64,000 nt of DNA, taken from NCBI GenBank assembly GCA_026645945.1, contig JAPKMO010000001.1, positions 7,427 to 71,426 of the forward strand. The letters run 5' to 3'. The position numbers were made by a program, and so were the translations under genes. Origin of the DNA: Anaerolineae bacterium. Its GTDB lineage: Bacteria > Chloroflexota > Anaerolineae > Aggregatilineales > Phototrophicaceae. Each line of letters begins with the position of its first letter. Position 1 is the stretch's first letter. The notes beneath the pieces are model-generated. The model did not search any database and was not told the DNA's origin. It saw nothing but the letters and a program-made list of their open reading frames with translations. This document shows positions 17,585 to 27,434 of the stretch, in pieces.

Positions 17585-19252
17585 ATGACCAACCTGCCAT
17601 TCGCAAAACCCCACGTGGTTCGTGCGCCGCGCGGCACGCAGCTAACCTGCAAAAACTGGCTGATCGAAGCGGCTTACCGCATGGTGCAGAACAATCTTGA
17701 CCCAGACGTGGCCGAAAAGCCCGATGAACTGATCGTCTACGGTGGGCGAGGCAAAGCCGCGCGCAACTGGGACTGTTACGAGGCGATTCTTGAATCGCTG
17801 AAAAATCTTGAGCCGGACGAAACCTTGCTCATCCAGTCTGGCAAGCCGGTGGCCGTTTTTAAGTCGCACCCCGATGCGCCCCGTATGCTGCTCGCCAACA
17901 CCAATATCGTGCCGCACTGGGCGACGCAGGAGCAATTTGATCGTTTTGAAGCAAGTGGGCTATTAATGTATGGGCAAATGACGGCTGCATCTTTCATTTA
18001 TATTGGAACTCAGGGCATTCTGCAAGGCACTTATGAAACGTTCGGCGCGCTGGCGCGGCAGAAGGGCTGGCCGTCCCTGCGCGGCCGGTTTGTGCTGACG
18101 GCGGGACTGGGCGGCATGGGCGGCGCGCAGCCGTTGGCGGTCACGATGAACGAGGGTGTCGGGCTGATCGTGGAGATAGACCCGGCGCGGGCGCAGCGGC
18201 GGCTCGATCACCGTTACGTAGACGTGGTGGTGGACGAACTGGAGGAGGCCATGACGCTGGTCGAGGAAGCCGTAAGGGATGGCAGGCCGCTTTCGGTGGG
18301 GCTGATCGGCAACGCCGCCGACATCTTCCCGGAACTGGCGCAGCGCGGTGTCGTGCCGGATGTCGTCACCGACCAGACGCCAGCGCATGACCCGCTGATG
18401 TACGTGCCGAACGGTTTGAGCCTGGCGGACGCCGAACGCCTGCGCCAGGCCGACCCGGCGGAATACACGCGCCGTTCGATGGCGGCGATGGCGCGGCACG
18501 TCGAAGCCATGCTGGCCTTCCAGCAGCGCGGCGCGGAAGTGTTCGACTATGGCAACAATTTGCGCCAGCGCGCTTATGATGCGGGCGTGGCGAACGCCTT
18601 TGATTACCCCGGCTTTGTCCCGGCCTACATTCGCCCGCTGTTCTGCGAGGGCAAAGGCCCGTTCCGTTGGGTGGCGCTGTCCGGCGAAGCGGAGGACATC
18701 TACCGCACCGACGAAGCCATTATGGCGCTGTTCCCGCAGGACGCGCATCTGGCGCGCTGGCTGAAGATGGCGAAAGAACGGATTCACTTCCAGGGGCTTC
18801 CGGCGCGCATCTGCTGGCTGGGTTATGGCGAACGGGTGAAAGCCGGGCTGAAGTTTAATGAAATGGTCGCCAGCGGTGAACTGAAAGCGCCAGTTGTCAT
18901 CGGGCGCGATCATCTAGACGCCGGCTCGGTAGCTTCACCGAACCGCGAAACAGAAGGGATGCGCGACGGCTCGGACGCTATCAGCGATTGGCCGATTCTG
19001 AACGCGCTGATAAACGCCGTCGGCGGCGCGACCTGGGTCAGCGTGCATCACGGCGGGGGCGTCGGCATCGGTTACAGCCAGCACGCGGGGCAGGTGATCG
19101 TGGCCGACGGCACGCCGGAAGCCGCGCGCCGCTTGGAACGGGTGCTGACCACTGACCCTGGCCTGGGGGTGGTGCGCCACGCCGACGCCGGTTATCCTGA
19201 AGCGATTGAAGCAGCCCGTCGGCATGGGATTAAAATGCCGATGTTAAAATGA
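17585..19252 (+). CDS. hutU: Urocanate hydratase
   Basis: [53 protein letters not shown]. Start at ATG 17585 (MTNLPF). Confidence 0.96.
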   Translation: MTNLPFAKPHVVRAPRGTQLTCKNWLIEAAYRMVQNNLDPDVAEKPDELIVYGGRGKAARNWDCYEAILESLKNLEPDETLLIQSGKPVAVFKSHPDAPRMLLANTNIVPHWATQEQFDRFEASGLLMYGQMTAASFIYIGTQGILQGTYETFGALARQKGWPSLRGRFVLTAGLGGMGGAQPLAVTMNEGVGLIVEIDPARAQRRLDHRYVDVVVDELEEAMTLVEEAVRDGRPLSVGLIGNAADIFPELAQRGVVPDVVTDQTPAHDPLMYVPNGLSLADAERLRQADPAEYTRRSMAAMARHVEAMLAFQQRGAEVFDYGNNLRQRAYDAGVANAFDYPGFVPAYIRPLFCEGKGPFRWVALSGEAEDIYRTDEAIMALFPQDAHLARWLKMAKERIHFQGLPARICWLGYGERVKAGLKFNEMVASGELKAPVVIGRDHLDAGSVASPNRETEGMRDGSDAISDWPILNALINAVGGATWVSVHHGGGVGIGYSQHAGQVIVADGTPEAARRLERVLTTDPGLGVVRHADAGYPEAIEAARRHGIKMPMLK

Positions 19253-20517
19253 CGCGGCGAATTGATCTGCTGGTTTACAACGCGGGTCAGGTCTGCACCG
19301 TCCCGTCGGTTGGCGGCGGGCCGCAGCGCGGGCAGATGCTCGGCACGCTGGGACTGGTCGAAAACGGCGCGGTCGCCATAGAACGCGGGCGAATTGTTGA
19401 AGTCAGCGCGACGGCAGAACTGCGAATGCGCTACGATGCCGCGCGCGAAATCAACGTTCAGGGCGGGGCGGTTGTGCCGGGGTTTGTTGACCCGCATACA
19501 CATTTGGTGTGGGTGGGCGACCGGGCGGCGGAATTTGAAATGCGGATCGCCGGGGCGTCCTATATGGAGATCATGAAGGCCGGTGGGGGCATTAACCGCA
19601 CCGTGCAGCAGGTGCGCGCTGCCCCGGTTGAACAACTGGTGGCGGAAACGCGGGCGCGGCTGGACCGGATGCTGCGCCTGGGGACGACCACCGTTGAGAT
19701 CAAAACCGGCTATGGCCTGGATACACCCAACGAAATCAAACAACTGGACGCCATTTACCGCCTGGCTGCCGATCATCCCATGACCATCGTCTCGACCTTC
19801 ATGGGCGCGCATGCCGTCCCGCCGGAATACCAGGGGCGCGCCGATGATTACATAAATTTAATTGTGGATGAGATGATTCCGTCGGTGGTCGAATTCGCTG
19901 CCGCCCATGACCAGCCGACTCCGTTTGTGGATGTTTTTTGCGAGCCGGGCGCTTTCGATGCGGCGCAGTCGCGCCGGGTGCTGGAAGCAGGGCGCGGGGC
20001 AGGGATGCCGCTCAAAATCCACGCCGACGAATTTGCCGGAATCGGCGGCACGCGGCTGGCAGTGGAGATGGGCGCGGTTTCGGCAGATCATCTGGTCGCC
20101 ACGCCCGCCGAGGACATTGCCGCGTTAGGCGGCAGCGGTACGGCAGCGGTCGCGCTGCCGGCCACACCGTTCGGCCTGGGGCATACCGACTTTACCCCGG
20201 CGCGCAAAATCATCGAGGCGGGCGGCATTCTGGCGCTGGCGACCGACTGCAACCCCGGCACGGCCTGGTGCGAATCCATGCCGTTTGTGATGGCGCTGGC
20301 CTGCCGCTATTTACGCCTGACCCCGGCGGAGGCGCTGGCGGCTGCCACCCTGAATGCGGCTTACGCTGTCGGCTTGGGCGAACGTATTGGCAGCCTGGAG
20401 CCGGGCAAACAGGCCGATATGCTCGTTCTGGAAACGCCGGACTACCGCCACCTGGCCTATCGTTTTGGCGGAAATCTGGTGCGTTCGATCATCAAAGCCG
20501 GCCGGGTGGTCGAGTAA
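19249..20517 (+). CDS. hutI: Imidazolonepropionase
   Basis: [45 protein letters not shown]. Confidence 0.95.
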   Translation: MTRRIDLLVYNAGQVCTVPSVGGGPQRGQMLGTLGLVENGAVAIERGRIVEVSATAELRMRYDAAREINVQGGAVVPGFVDPHTHLVWVGDRAAEFEMRIAGASYMEIMKAGGGINRTVQQVRAAPVEQLVAETRARLDRMLRLGTTTVEIKTGYGLDTPNEIKQLDAIYRLAADHPMTIVSTFMGAHAVPPEYQGRADDYINLIVDEMIPSVVEFAAAHDQPTPFVDVFCEPGAFDAAQSRRVLEAGRGAGMPLKIHADEFAGIGGTRLAVEMGAVSADHLVATPAEDIAALGGSGTAAVALPATPFGLGHTDFTPARKIIEAGGILALATDCNPGTAWCESMPFVMALACRYLRLTPAEALAAATLNAAYAVGLGERIGSLEPGKQADMLVLETPDYRHLAYRFGGNLVRSIIKAGRVVE

Positions 20518-20520
20518 CAC

Positions 20521-21441
20521 TCAAGGTTCGATGCCCTGCGGGACGGATTTAACAAACCGCCGTGCCATACGTTCCGGCGCGATCATCGAAATTAACACGC
20601 CGAGGCCGATCAACAGCCCGCCTATAACCAACTGCGGCGTAAGTTCCTGGCCCAACGCCACACCTAACACCGCGCCGACCAGCGGCTGCGCGAAAAAGAA
20701 CAGCGAGGCGACGGAAGCATCCACCAGGGCGAAGGCGCGATTCCACAGCCACATGGCTACGGCAGTTGAAACGATGCCCAGATAAAGAATGCCCAGAATC
20801 GTGCTGCCGTCAATAACGCCGATAGGCCGGGTCTGCATTTCCAGCGCCGCCGCCGGCAGCGTCAGCATCAGACCGCCCACCAGCGCGTAAAACGAAACGG
20901 TTGTGGTGTCCAGCCGGGCGCTGGCGCGCCGCACCAGTACAGAATACAGCCCCCAGGTGAGCGCCGCCACCGCCAGCGCGAGATTGCCGAAAAAAGCGGC
21001 GGAACTGAAATCGGCCTTGCCGGGGTCAATGATGATGACGACACCCAGCGTCGCCAGCGAAACCGCCGCCAGGCGCTGCGCGGTTAACCGCTCGCGCAAA
21101 ATAAGCGCCGCGAAAACCAGGATGAAAGCCGGGGATGCGCTGGTGATGAGCGCGCCGTTCACCCCGGTAGATTGATCGGTGCCGACAAACTGCGCGCCGA
21201 CGCTGACTCCAAAACCAACTAACCCCACGCCGAGCAGCTCCAAAATTTCCCGGCGGTCAAGCCGCCTCCGGCGAGAGCTGCGCCGCAGCAGCGCCAGGAT
21301 GAGGACGGCCATTCCCAGACGCACCGAAAGCAGGGTGAAGGGCGGGATGGTCTGCAAAACGATGTCGCTAATGATGTACATGGCGCCCCAGATGGCTGCC
21401 GCCGTGAGGCCGTAAATCGCGCCGCGCAGGGTGTTGGACAT
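20521..21441 (-). CDS. DMT/EamA family transporter
   Basis: About 10 TM segments in two EamA repeats; start inferred at ATG 21441 (MSNTLRG). Confidence 0.88.
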   Translation of the reverse strand: MSNTLRGAIYGLTAAAIWGAMYIISDIVLQTIPPFTLLSVRLGMAVLILALLRRSSRRRRLDRREILELLGVGLVGFGVSVGAQFVGTDQSTGVNGALITSASPAFILVFAALILRERLTAQRLAAVSLATLGVVIIIDPGKADFSSAAFFGNLALAVAALTWGLYSVLVRRASARLDTTTVSFYALVGGLMLTLPAAALEMQTRPIGVIDGSTILGILYLGIVSTAVAMWLWNRAFALVDASVASLFFFAQPLVGAVLGVALGQELTPQLVIGGLLIGLGVLISMIAPERMARRFVKSVPQGIEP

Positions 21442-21595
21442 GCTTCGCGCCTTCAATGATGCAAAAACCGTTCGATGGAAACTCACTGTAACGTGTTTGA
21501 AGCGCGCCGCGCAAGGGGAAAGATAAATTAGGTGAATGTTGAAAAAAAATTAAATGACAGCCGGGACTCCAATTTAGGCGAGCAATGAGAAAATT

Positions 21596-21623
21596 TTGCA
21601 TTTCGCCGCCCGCATGGTATTCT
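21596..21623 (+). promoter_or_regulatory. Putative promoter of the liv operon
   Basis: TTGCAT, 16 bp, (TG-G)TATTCT in an AT-rich intergenic region. Confidence 0.45.
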
Positions 21624-21760
21624 TACGCCCCAGGCACTTGTATTAAATAACTAAATCAACACAGGGAGGTTTTGAGCAGTAACAACAGTGAACTTTTTCA
21701 CAAGGGATTGTAAGATTTCCGGCGACCTACTTAATATGGGATTTGTCTAAGGAGGGAGAT

Positions 21761-22963
21761 ATGCAGTTTAAACGTTTGGCATTTTTGTTTGTTGTCGCCG
21801 TCCTGGCTCTGAGCGTGCCGCTGGTGGGTGCTCAAGATGCTAAGGTCATCAAGATTGCGAGCCAGAGTCCGCTTTCTGGCCCGCAGTCTGTTCTGGGTAC
21901 GTCAATCCGCAACGCCGTCGAGCTGGCGATTGAGCAGCTTTCCGGCCCGCTGGTTGAAATGGGCTATTCGGTCGAATTTGTCCCGTTTGATGACCAGGCG
22001 ACCCCGGACGTTGGCGTGGCGAATGCTAACCTGCTGGTGAACGATGCGGCCATCATGGCGGTTATCGGCCACCTGAACAGCGGCGTGGCGATTCCTTCAT
22101 CGGAAGTTTACAACGACAACGGCTTGGCGATGGTATCCCCGGCCAACACCAACGTTGCGATTACCGATCGCGGGCTGCCGGTGGTGAACCGCATCTGCGG
22201 GCGTGACGATACCCAGGGCGCGGCGGGCGCGGCCTTCGCGGCGACGCTGGAAGGTGTTGAGACGGTTTATGTGCTGCACGACACGACTGCTTACGGCCAG
22301 GGCGTGGCGGACTTCTTCCAGAAGGCTGCAGCAGAGCAAGGCCTGACGGTGCTGGGCTTTGAAGGCACGACCGAAACGGCCAACTTCGAGGGTGTGATCC
22401 AGCCTATTCTGGCGCTTGACCCTGACCTGATTTATTTCGGCGGCATCTACTCCCAGACGGGCATTTTCATCAACCAGGCGCGCGCGGCCGGTTATGAAGG
22501 TCTGTATATGGGGCCGGACGGCTTCGATGCCTCCGAATTTGCGGAACTGGCCGGCGAGGCTGGTGTGAACACCTATTACACGTCGGTGGCTGCTCCGCCC
22601 ACTTTCTACCCGGCGGCTGCTCAGTTCATTGAAGACTACACCGCCAAGTTTGGCGAACCGCCGCAGCCGTTCGCGGCCCAGTCCTACGACTCGACCGGTA
22701 TTGTGCTGGCCGCTATTCAGCGGATTCTGGAATCTGGCGAGGCGCTGACCCGTGAGGCGGTGGTAGCGGCAGTGCGTGCGACCGAGAACTATGAGGGCAT
22801 CACCGGCACGTACACGTTCGACGACAACGGCGACCCCGAACTGGCGACTTACGTGATTCTCCAGATTGTATCGAGCGATCCGGCTGAGTGGAACGAGAAC
22901 GTTGTGCTGGATCAGTTCCTGGCCCCGTCACCGCTGGTAGCGGCGGCAGAGGCTGAAGGTTAA
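21761..22963 (+). CDS. Branched-chain amino acid ABC transporter substrate-binding protein (LivK/LivJ family)
   Basis: Signal peptide MQFKRLAFLFVVAVLAL; SPLSGP, GHLNSG, RICGRDD motifs; GGAGG RBS. Confidence 0.92.
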   Translation: MQFKRLAFLFVVAVLALSVPLVGAQDAKVIKIASQSPLSGPQSVLGTSIRNAVELAIEQLSGPLVEMGYSVEFVPFDDQATPDVGVANANLLVNDAAIMAVIGHLNSGVAIPSSEVYNDNGLAMVSPANTNVAITDRGLPVVNRICGRDDTQGAAGAAFAATLEGVETVYVLHDTTAYGQGVADFFQKAAAEQGLTVLGFEGTTETANFEGVIQPILALDPDLIYFGGIYSQTGIFINQARAAGYEGLYMGPDGFDASEFAELAGEAGVNTYYTSVAAPPTFYPAAAQFIEDYTAKFGEPPQPFAAQSYDSTGIVLAAIQRILESGEALTREAVVAAVRATENYEGITGTYTFDDNGDPELATYVILQIVSSDPAEWNENVVLDQFLAPSPLVAAAEAEG

Positions 22964-23063
22964 GTCGGAGATCAACCAGCACAGGTATATGGCGGCGGCG
23001 CTATGCAGTGGGTGGTAGCCCGCCGCCCTTGTTTCAAGCATATATACGGCACGGAGTAGATTT

Positions 23064-24224
23064 ATGTTGGACGCCCGGCGCTCTCTGGGTTCGGTATCCT
23101 CTCCCTCGATTTTAGAGTGGGGCTACCGTTTTATCCTCTTTCCAATCGGGCAGATGCTGGTTTTTATCGTCGGCGCTGCCCTTTTTCTAACCCTACTGGC
23201 TTTCCTGCTGGCACTGGCATTCCCAGAGCCGCGCCCCAATATCGTTTTGATGGATCAAGTGAATCGCCAACTGCCGGGCATGATTATTAGCGGCATCACC
23301 ATCGGCTTCGTTTATGCGATGATCGCCCTGGGATATACGCTGGTATACGGCGTTCTGAAGTTTATTAACTTTGCGCACAGCGAAATTTTTATGGTCGGCT
23401 CGGTAGTCGGTTTTGAAGTGATGCAGCGTCTCTCAGAGGCGGGACATCTACCGTCCTGGAGTCCGGTTTTGCTGGTGGTCGTGGTTGTGCTGGCGGCGAT
23501 GCTGGCGAGCGGCCTGCTGGCCGTTCTCATCGAGCGGGTGGCCTATCGCCCGCTGCGGGGCGCGCCGCGTTTAGTGCCGCTCATTTCCGCTATCGGCATC
23601 TCATTTTTTATGGTGGACTTGGTGCGGGCGGTAGAAGCCATCACGCGCAACGATTTTAACCTGACATACCCGCTGAACAGTCTGGAGTGGGTTCGTAATC
23701 CGGTTAAACTGGCGATTGGCGAAAACACGGTCAACATCCGCCCCACGCAGTTTATCGTGGTGTTGGGCGCGGTGGTGACGCTGATCGCGCTGAACTACTT
23801 CGTCAACGGCACTAAGTTGGGGCGGGGTATCCGCGCCGTTTCCCAGGATATGACGACGGCGGGTTTGATGGGCATCAACGTAAACCGGATGATTTCGCTG
23901 ACGTTTTTTGTCGGCGGCGCATTCGGCGGCGCGGCAGGCGCGCTGTTTGGAATGAACGTCGGCACGGTGACGCCCTTTGTTGGCTTTATACCTGGCATTA
24001 AAGCCTTCACGGCGGCAGTTCTGGGCGGCATCGGCAACGTTACCGGGGCGCTGCTGGGCGGCCTGACGCTGGGGCTGGTTGAGTCCTTCCTGAACGGCCT
24101 GCTAGTTTATTTCCCGGCACTGGGACAGCGTTACACGGACGTGTTTGCTTTCTCGGTATTGATCCTGATTCTGATTTTCCGTCCCAGCGGCCTGCTGGGT
24201 GAGCGCGTGGACGAGAAGGTGTAA
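23064..24224 (+). CDS. livH: Branched-chain amino acid ABC permease
   Basis: GYTLVYGVLKFINFAH, GIKAFTAAVLGGIG. Confidence 0.9.
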   Translation: MLDARRSLGSVSSPSILEWGYRFILFPIGQMLVFIVGAALFLTLLAFLLALAFPEPRPNIVLMDQVNRQLPGMIISGITIGFVYAMIALGYTLVYGVLKFINFAHSEIFMVGSVVGFEVMQRLSEAGHLPSWSPVLLVVVVVLAAMLASGLLAVLIERVAYRPLRGAPRLVPLISAIGISFFMVDLVRAVEAITRNDFNLTYPLNSLEWVRNPVKLAIGENTVNIRPTQFIVVLGAVVTLIALNYFVNGTKLGRGIRAVSQDMTTAGLMGINVNRMISLTFFVGGAFGGAAGALFGMNVGTVTPFVGFIPGIKAFTAAVLGGIGNVTGALLGGLTLGLVESFLNGLLVYFPALGQRYTDVFAFSVLILILIFRPSGLLGERVDEKV

Positions 24225-24229
24225 GGCAC

Positions 24230-25672
24230 ATGGCAGTAAAATCTTCTGTTCAGCAGAATTCGCGGGCGATGTTTCGTGCCGCCCTCAAGCGTCCGGCGGT
24301 CGTTGGCAGCCTGCTCGTCGCGTATATCCTGGTGGCGGTTTTGATTTTAAACTCGCTTGACCGGAGCAACTTGTGGTTTCCCTTCTACAGCACCCTCACG
24401 TTTCCGGTGTTGGTTCTCTCGCCGTTTATCATCTTGGCGGCGCCGGTTCGCGGCTGGTTTAAGGGAGTGTTGGTTGCCGCGTTGTTATTTCTCGTCATCC
24501 CGTATCTGGGAATGCGCGACAGTTCGTATCTGGAACTGGTGATTCAAATCTGCATCTTTGCCGGGCTGGCGCTGGGTCTGAATATCGTGGTTGGCTTCGC
24601 CGGGCTGCTCGACCTGGGTTACATCGCCTTTTTTGCGGTGGGTGCTTATACGTGGGCGATGTTTACCTCCGGCGCGAGTACGGTTTTTAACATCAACGGC
24701 TGGCTGGTTTCCGGCTCTGCGTTTTATCTTTTTATCTTTCTGGGCATTTTTGTAGCGGCTATCGTCGGCATTTTGCTGGGTTTGCCTGTGCTGCGCCTGC
24801 GCGGCGATTATCTGGCGATTGTCACACTTGGTTTTGGCGAGATGATCCGGGTGATTGCCAACAATCTCGACCAGCCGATTAACTTCACCAACGGTTCGCA
24901 GGGGTTGTTCGGGGTGGGGCGCCCGCCGGTGCCTTTTTTCCTGCGGGACGGCGTTTTAGCGGTTGAGAGTGCTTTGGGTTTATCAATAGCCAACGTTGAC
25001 CCGCTTTCCCAGCAGTTGTTATTTTATTTCATCGCCATCGCCATCATCGGCGTTATCATCGTGGTGGCGCGGCGGCTGGATAACTCGCCCATTGGCCGCG
25101 CCTGGACGGCCATCCGTGAGGACGAGGTAGCGGCGATTGCGATGGGCGTGCCGCTGGTGCGGATGAAACTGCTGGCGTTTGCGACGGGCGCATCATTTGC
25201 AGGCGCAATTGGCGTGATTTATGCCGCCAAACAGACGTTCGTCAGCCCGGAGAGCTTCAGCCTCATCCAGTCCATCAGCATCCTGGCGATGGTGATCGTC
25301 GGCGGGATGGGCGGGATTCGCGGCGCGCTGTTGGGTGCGGTGATTGTGACTATGCTGAACCTGCTGGTGCTGAAGAATCTGTCGTTACAGATTAATGCCC
25401 TCCGCAACATTGATTTTGTCATTCCGATCATCAATTATCACATTCGAGACTGGCCGACGCAGCTTGAGCCGGCGAAATACGAGCGGCTCATTTTTGGCTT
25501 GCTGCTAATTGTAATGATGATCTTTCGACCGGCAGGGCTGCTGCCCGAACCCCGCCGCCGCATGGAACTGCAAGAGAAGGACGAGGAGATCGTGGACGAA
25601 GAAATCTCCTCGGAAGCGGGGGATGAACAACCGGTTGTGTCGGCAGTGCGGCCCGATGCCGAGCAGGCTTAG
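24230..25672 (+). CDS. livM: Branched-chain amino acid ABC permease
   Basis: GLNIVVGFAGLLDLG, LRLRGDYLAIVTLGFGE, AIREDE.AA.AMG. Confidence 0.92.
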   Translation: MAVKSSVQQNSRAMFRAALKRPAVVGSLLVAYILVAVLILNSLDRSNLWFPFYSTLTFPVLVLSPFIILAAPVRGWFKGVLVAALLFLVIPYLGMRDSSYLELVIQICIFAGLALGLNIVVGFAGLLDLGYIAFFAVGAYTWAMFTSGASTVFNINGWLVSGSAFYLFIFLGIFVAAIVGILLGLPVLRLRGDYLAIVTLGFGEMIRVIANNLDQPINFTNGSQGLFGVGRPPVPFFLRDGVLAVESALGLSIANVDPLSQQLLFYFIAIAIIGVIIVVARRLDNSPIGRAWTAIREDEVAAIAMGVPLVRMKLLAFATGASFAGAIGVIYAAKQTFVSPESFSLIQSISILAMVIVGGMGGIRGALLGAVIVTMLNLLVLKNLSLQINALRNIDFVIPIINYHIRDWPTQLEPAKYERLIFGLLLIVMMIFRPAGLLPEPRRRMELQEKDEEIVDEEISSEAGDEQPVVSAVRPDAEQA

Positions 25673-25681
25673 GAGGTTTCG

Positions 25682-26488
25682 GTGTCTTCATTACTGGATG
25701 TGCGTAACCTGACGAAAAAATTTGGTGGCCTGACGGCAGTGAACAATGTTACGATTGGCATTGAGCCGCAGAGCATCAGCGCCATCATCGGCCCCAACGG
25801 CGCGGGCAAAACGACCCTGTTTAACCTGCTTACCGGCATCTACAAACCGGACACAGGAACGATGATGTTCGATGGGCATTCGCTGGTGGGGCTGCGCCCC
25901 GACCAGGTGAACGCCGCCGGGATGTCGCGCACGTTTCAAAGCATCCGGCTGTTTCATGGCATGACCGTGTTAGAAAACGTAATGGTTGGAATGCACTCGC
26001 GGCTTAATATTTCGCTTTTTAACACGCTGACCCGCACCGCTGGGTTTAACAGACAGGAAGTCCATGTCAAACAAAAAGCCAGCGATCTGCTGCGTTTTGT
26101 GGGACTGGCTGGCAAAGGCGACGAGGTCAGCCGCAACCTGCCCTATGGCGATCAGCGCCGCGTTGAGATCGCCCGCGCGCTGGCGAGCGACCCTAAACTA
26201 ATTCTGCTGGATGAGCCGACGGCGGGCATGAACCCCCAGGAAACGGTGGATGCGATGGCACTGTTCCGCCGGGTGCGCGACGAACTGGGGGTTACGGTTG
26301 TCCTCATCGAACACGATATGCGCGTGGTGATGGGCATCAGCGAGTATATTTCGGTGCTGGACTACGGCCAGAAAATCGCTGAAGGCACACCCGACGAAAT
26401 TCGCAGCAACCCGCGCGTGATCGAGGCTTATCTGGGCCGCCGCGCTGCCGGTGTGGTCGAACCTGAAACAAGCGCGGAGGTGAATTAA
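25682..26488 (+). CDS. livG: Branched-chain amino acid ABC ATPase
   Basis: GPNGAGKT, LPYGDQRRVEIARAL, LLDEPTAG, IEHDM. Confidence 0.93.
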   Translation: MSSLLDVRNLTKKFGGLTAVNNVTIGIEPQSISAIIGPNGAGKTTLFNLLTGIYKPDTGTMMFDGHSLVGLRPDQVNAAGMSRTFQSIRLFHGMTVLENVMVGMHSRLNISLFNTLTRTAGFNRQEVHVKQKASDLLRFVGLAGKGDEVSRNLPYGDQRRVEIARALASDPKLILLDEPTAGMNPQETVDAMALFRRVRDELGVTVVLIEHDMRVVMGISEYISVLDYGQKIAEGTPDEIRSNPRVIEAYLGRRAAGVVEPETSAEVN

Positions 26489-27205
26489 ATGCCGCCACTG
26501 TTAGAACTGCAAAACGTCCACACCTTTTACGGTCATATTCACGCCCTCAAAGGTATCGACCTTTTTGTCGAGGAGGGTGAGGTCGTTACCCTGGTCGGCT
26601 CGAACGGCGCGGGGAAAAGCACCTCGCTGCGTTCGATCAGCGGTATGGTGCGCTCCAAGCAGGGCAGCATCCGGCTGGCAGGCCGCGACATCACGGGCAT
26701 GAAACCGCATGAAATCACCGCTCTGGGCGTGGGACACGTCCCGGAAGGCCGCCGCATCTTCCCGCTGCTGACCGTACAGGAAAATCTGGAAATTGGCGCC
26801 TGGAACGTCAAGAGCCGTTCCGAAATCAGCCGCCGCACCGAGCAGATGTTTGAGTTATTCCCGCGCCTGAGAGAACGTTTCCAGCAGAAAGGCGGCACGC
26901 TTTCCGGCGGCGAACAGCAGATGCTGGCGATTGCTCGCGCGCTGATGGCCGAACCGCGCATTCTGCTGCTGGACGAACCTTCGATGGGGCTTGCGCCGGT
27001 GCTGGTGGAAGGTATTTTTGAGATCATTAAAAAGATCAATGCTCAGGGGACGACCATCCTGCTGGTTGAACAGAACGCGCTGATGGCGCTGGAAGTTGCC
27101 CGGCGTGGCTATGTGCTGCAAAGCGGCAGTCTGGTTTTGCAGGATACGTCCGTCAACCTGATGAATAACGAGATGGTCAAGCGTGTTTACTTGGGTGAAA
27201 ACTGA
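26489..27205 (+). CDS. livF: Branched-chain amino acid ABC ATPase
   Basis: GSNGAGKS, LSGGEQQMLAIARAL, LDEPSMGLAP, VEQN. Confidence 0.93.
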   Translation: MPPLLELQNVHTFYGHIHALKGIDLFVEEGEVVTLVGSNGAGKSTSLRSISGMVRSKQGSIRLAGRDITGMKPHEITALGVGHVPEGRRIFPLLTVQENLEIGAWNVKSRSEISRRTEQMFELFPRLRERFQQKGGTLSGGEQQMLAIARALMAEPRILLLDEPSMGLAPVLVEGIFEIIKKINAQGTTILLVEQNALMALEVARRGYVLQSGSLVLQDTSVNLMNNEMVKRVYLGEN

Positions 27206-27287
27206 CCGGCCTCGCTTCAACGCTGCGCCGCAAAGTGGATGAACGGGCGCAGTTCGATTTTCGTTCCTTTTTGACCCCACCTCCAAA

Positions 27288-27313
27288 CCTCCTCCCCGAA
27301 TTCGGGGAGGAGG
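27288..27313. repeat. 26-bp perfect palindrome (CCCTCCCC/GGGGAGG REP-like family)
   Basis: CCTCCTCCCCGAATTCGGGGAGGAGG. Confidence 0.8.
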
Positions 27314-27434
27314 CTTAAGACATCATTTTTCCTGTATAAGATACCAGAAAGAAGGCTTTTGCCGTGCTGCGCCGGTTTTCAATCCGGTGTTATACTTCCC
27401 GCACGATAAATTTTGCTCACAGGATGAACCGATT

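Noticed and set aside
21663-21713. Leader peptide (TTG, MSSNNSELFHKGL) before the liv operon
   Set aside because: The SD is only about 2 nt from the TTG and there is no run of Leu/Ile/Val codons as expected for an attenuator.
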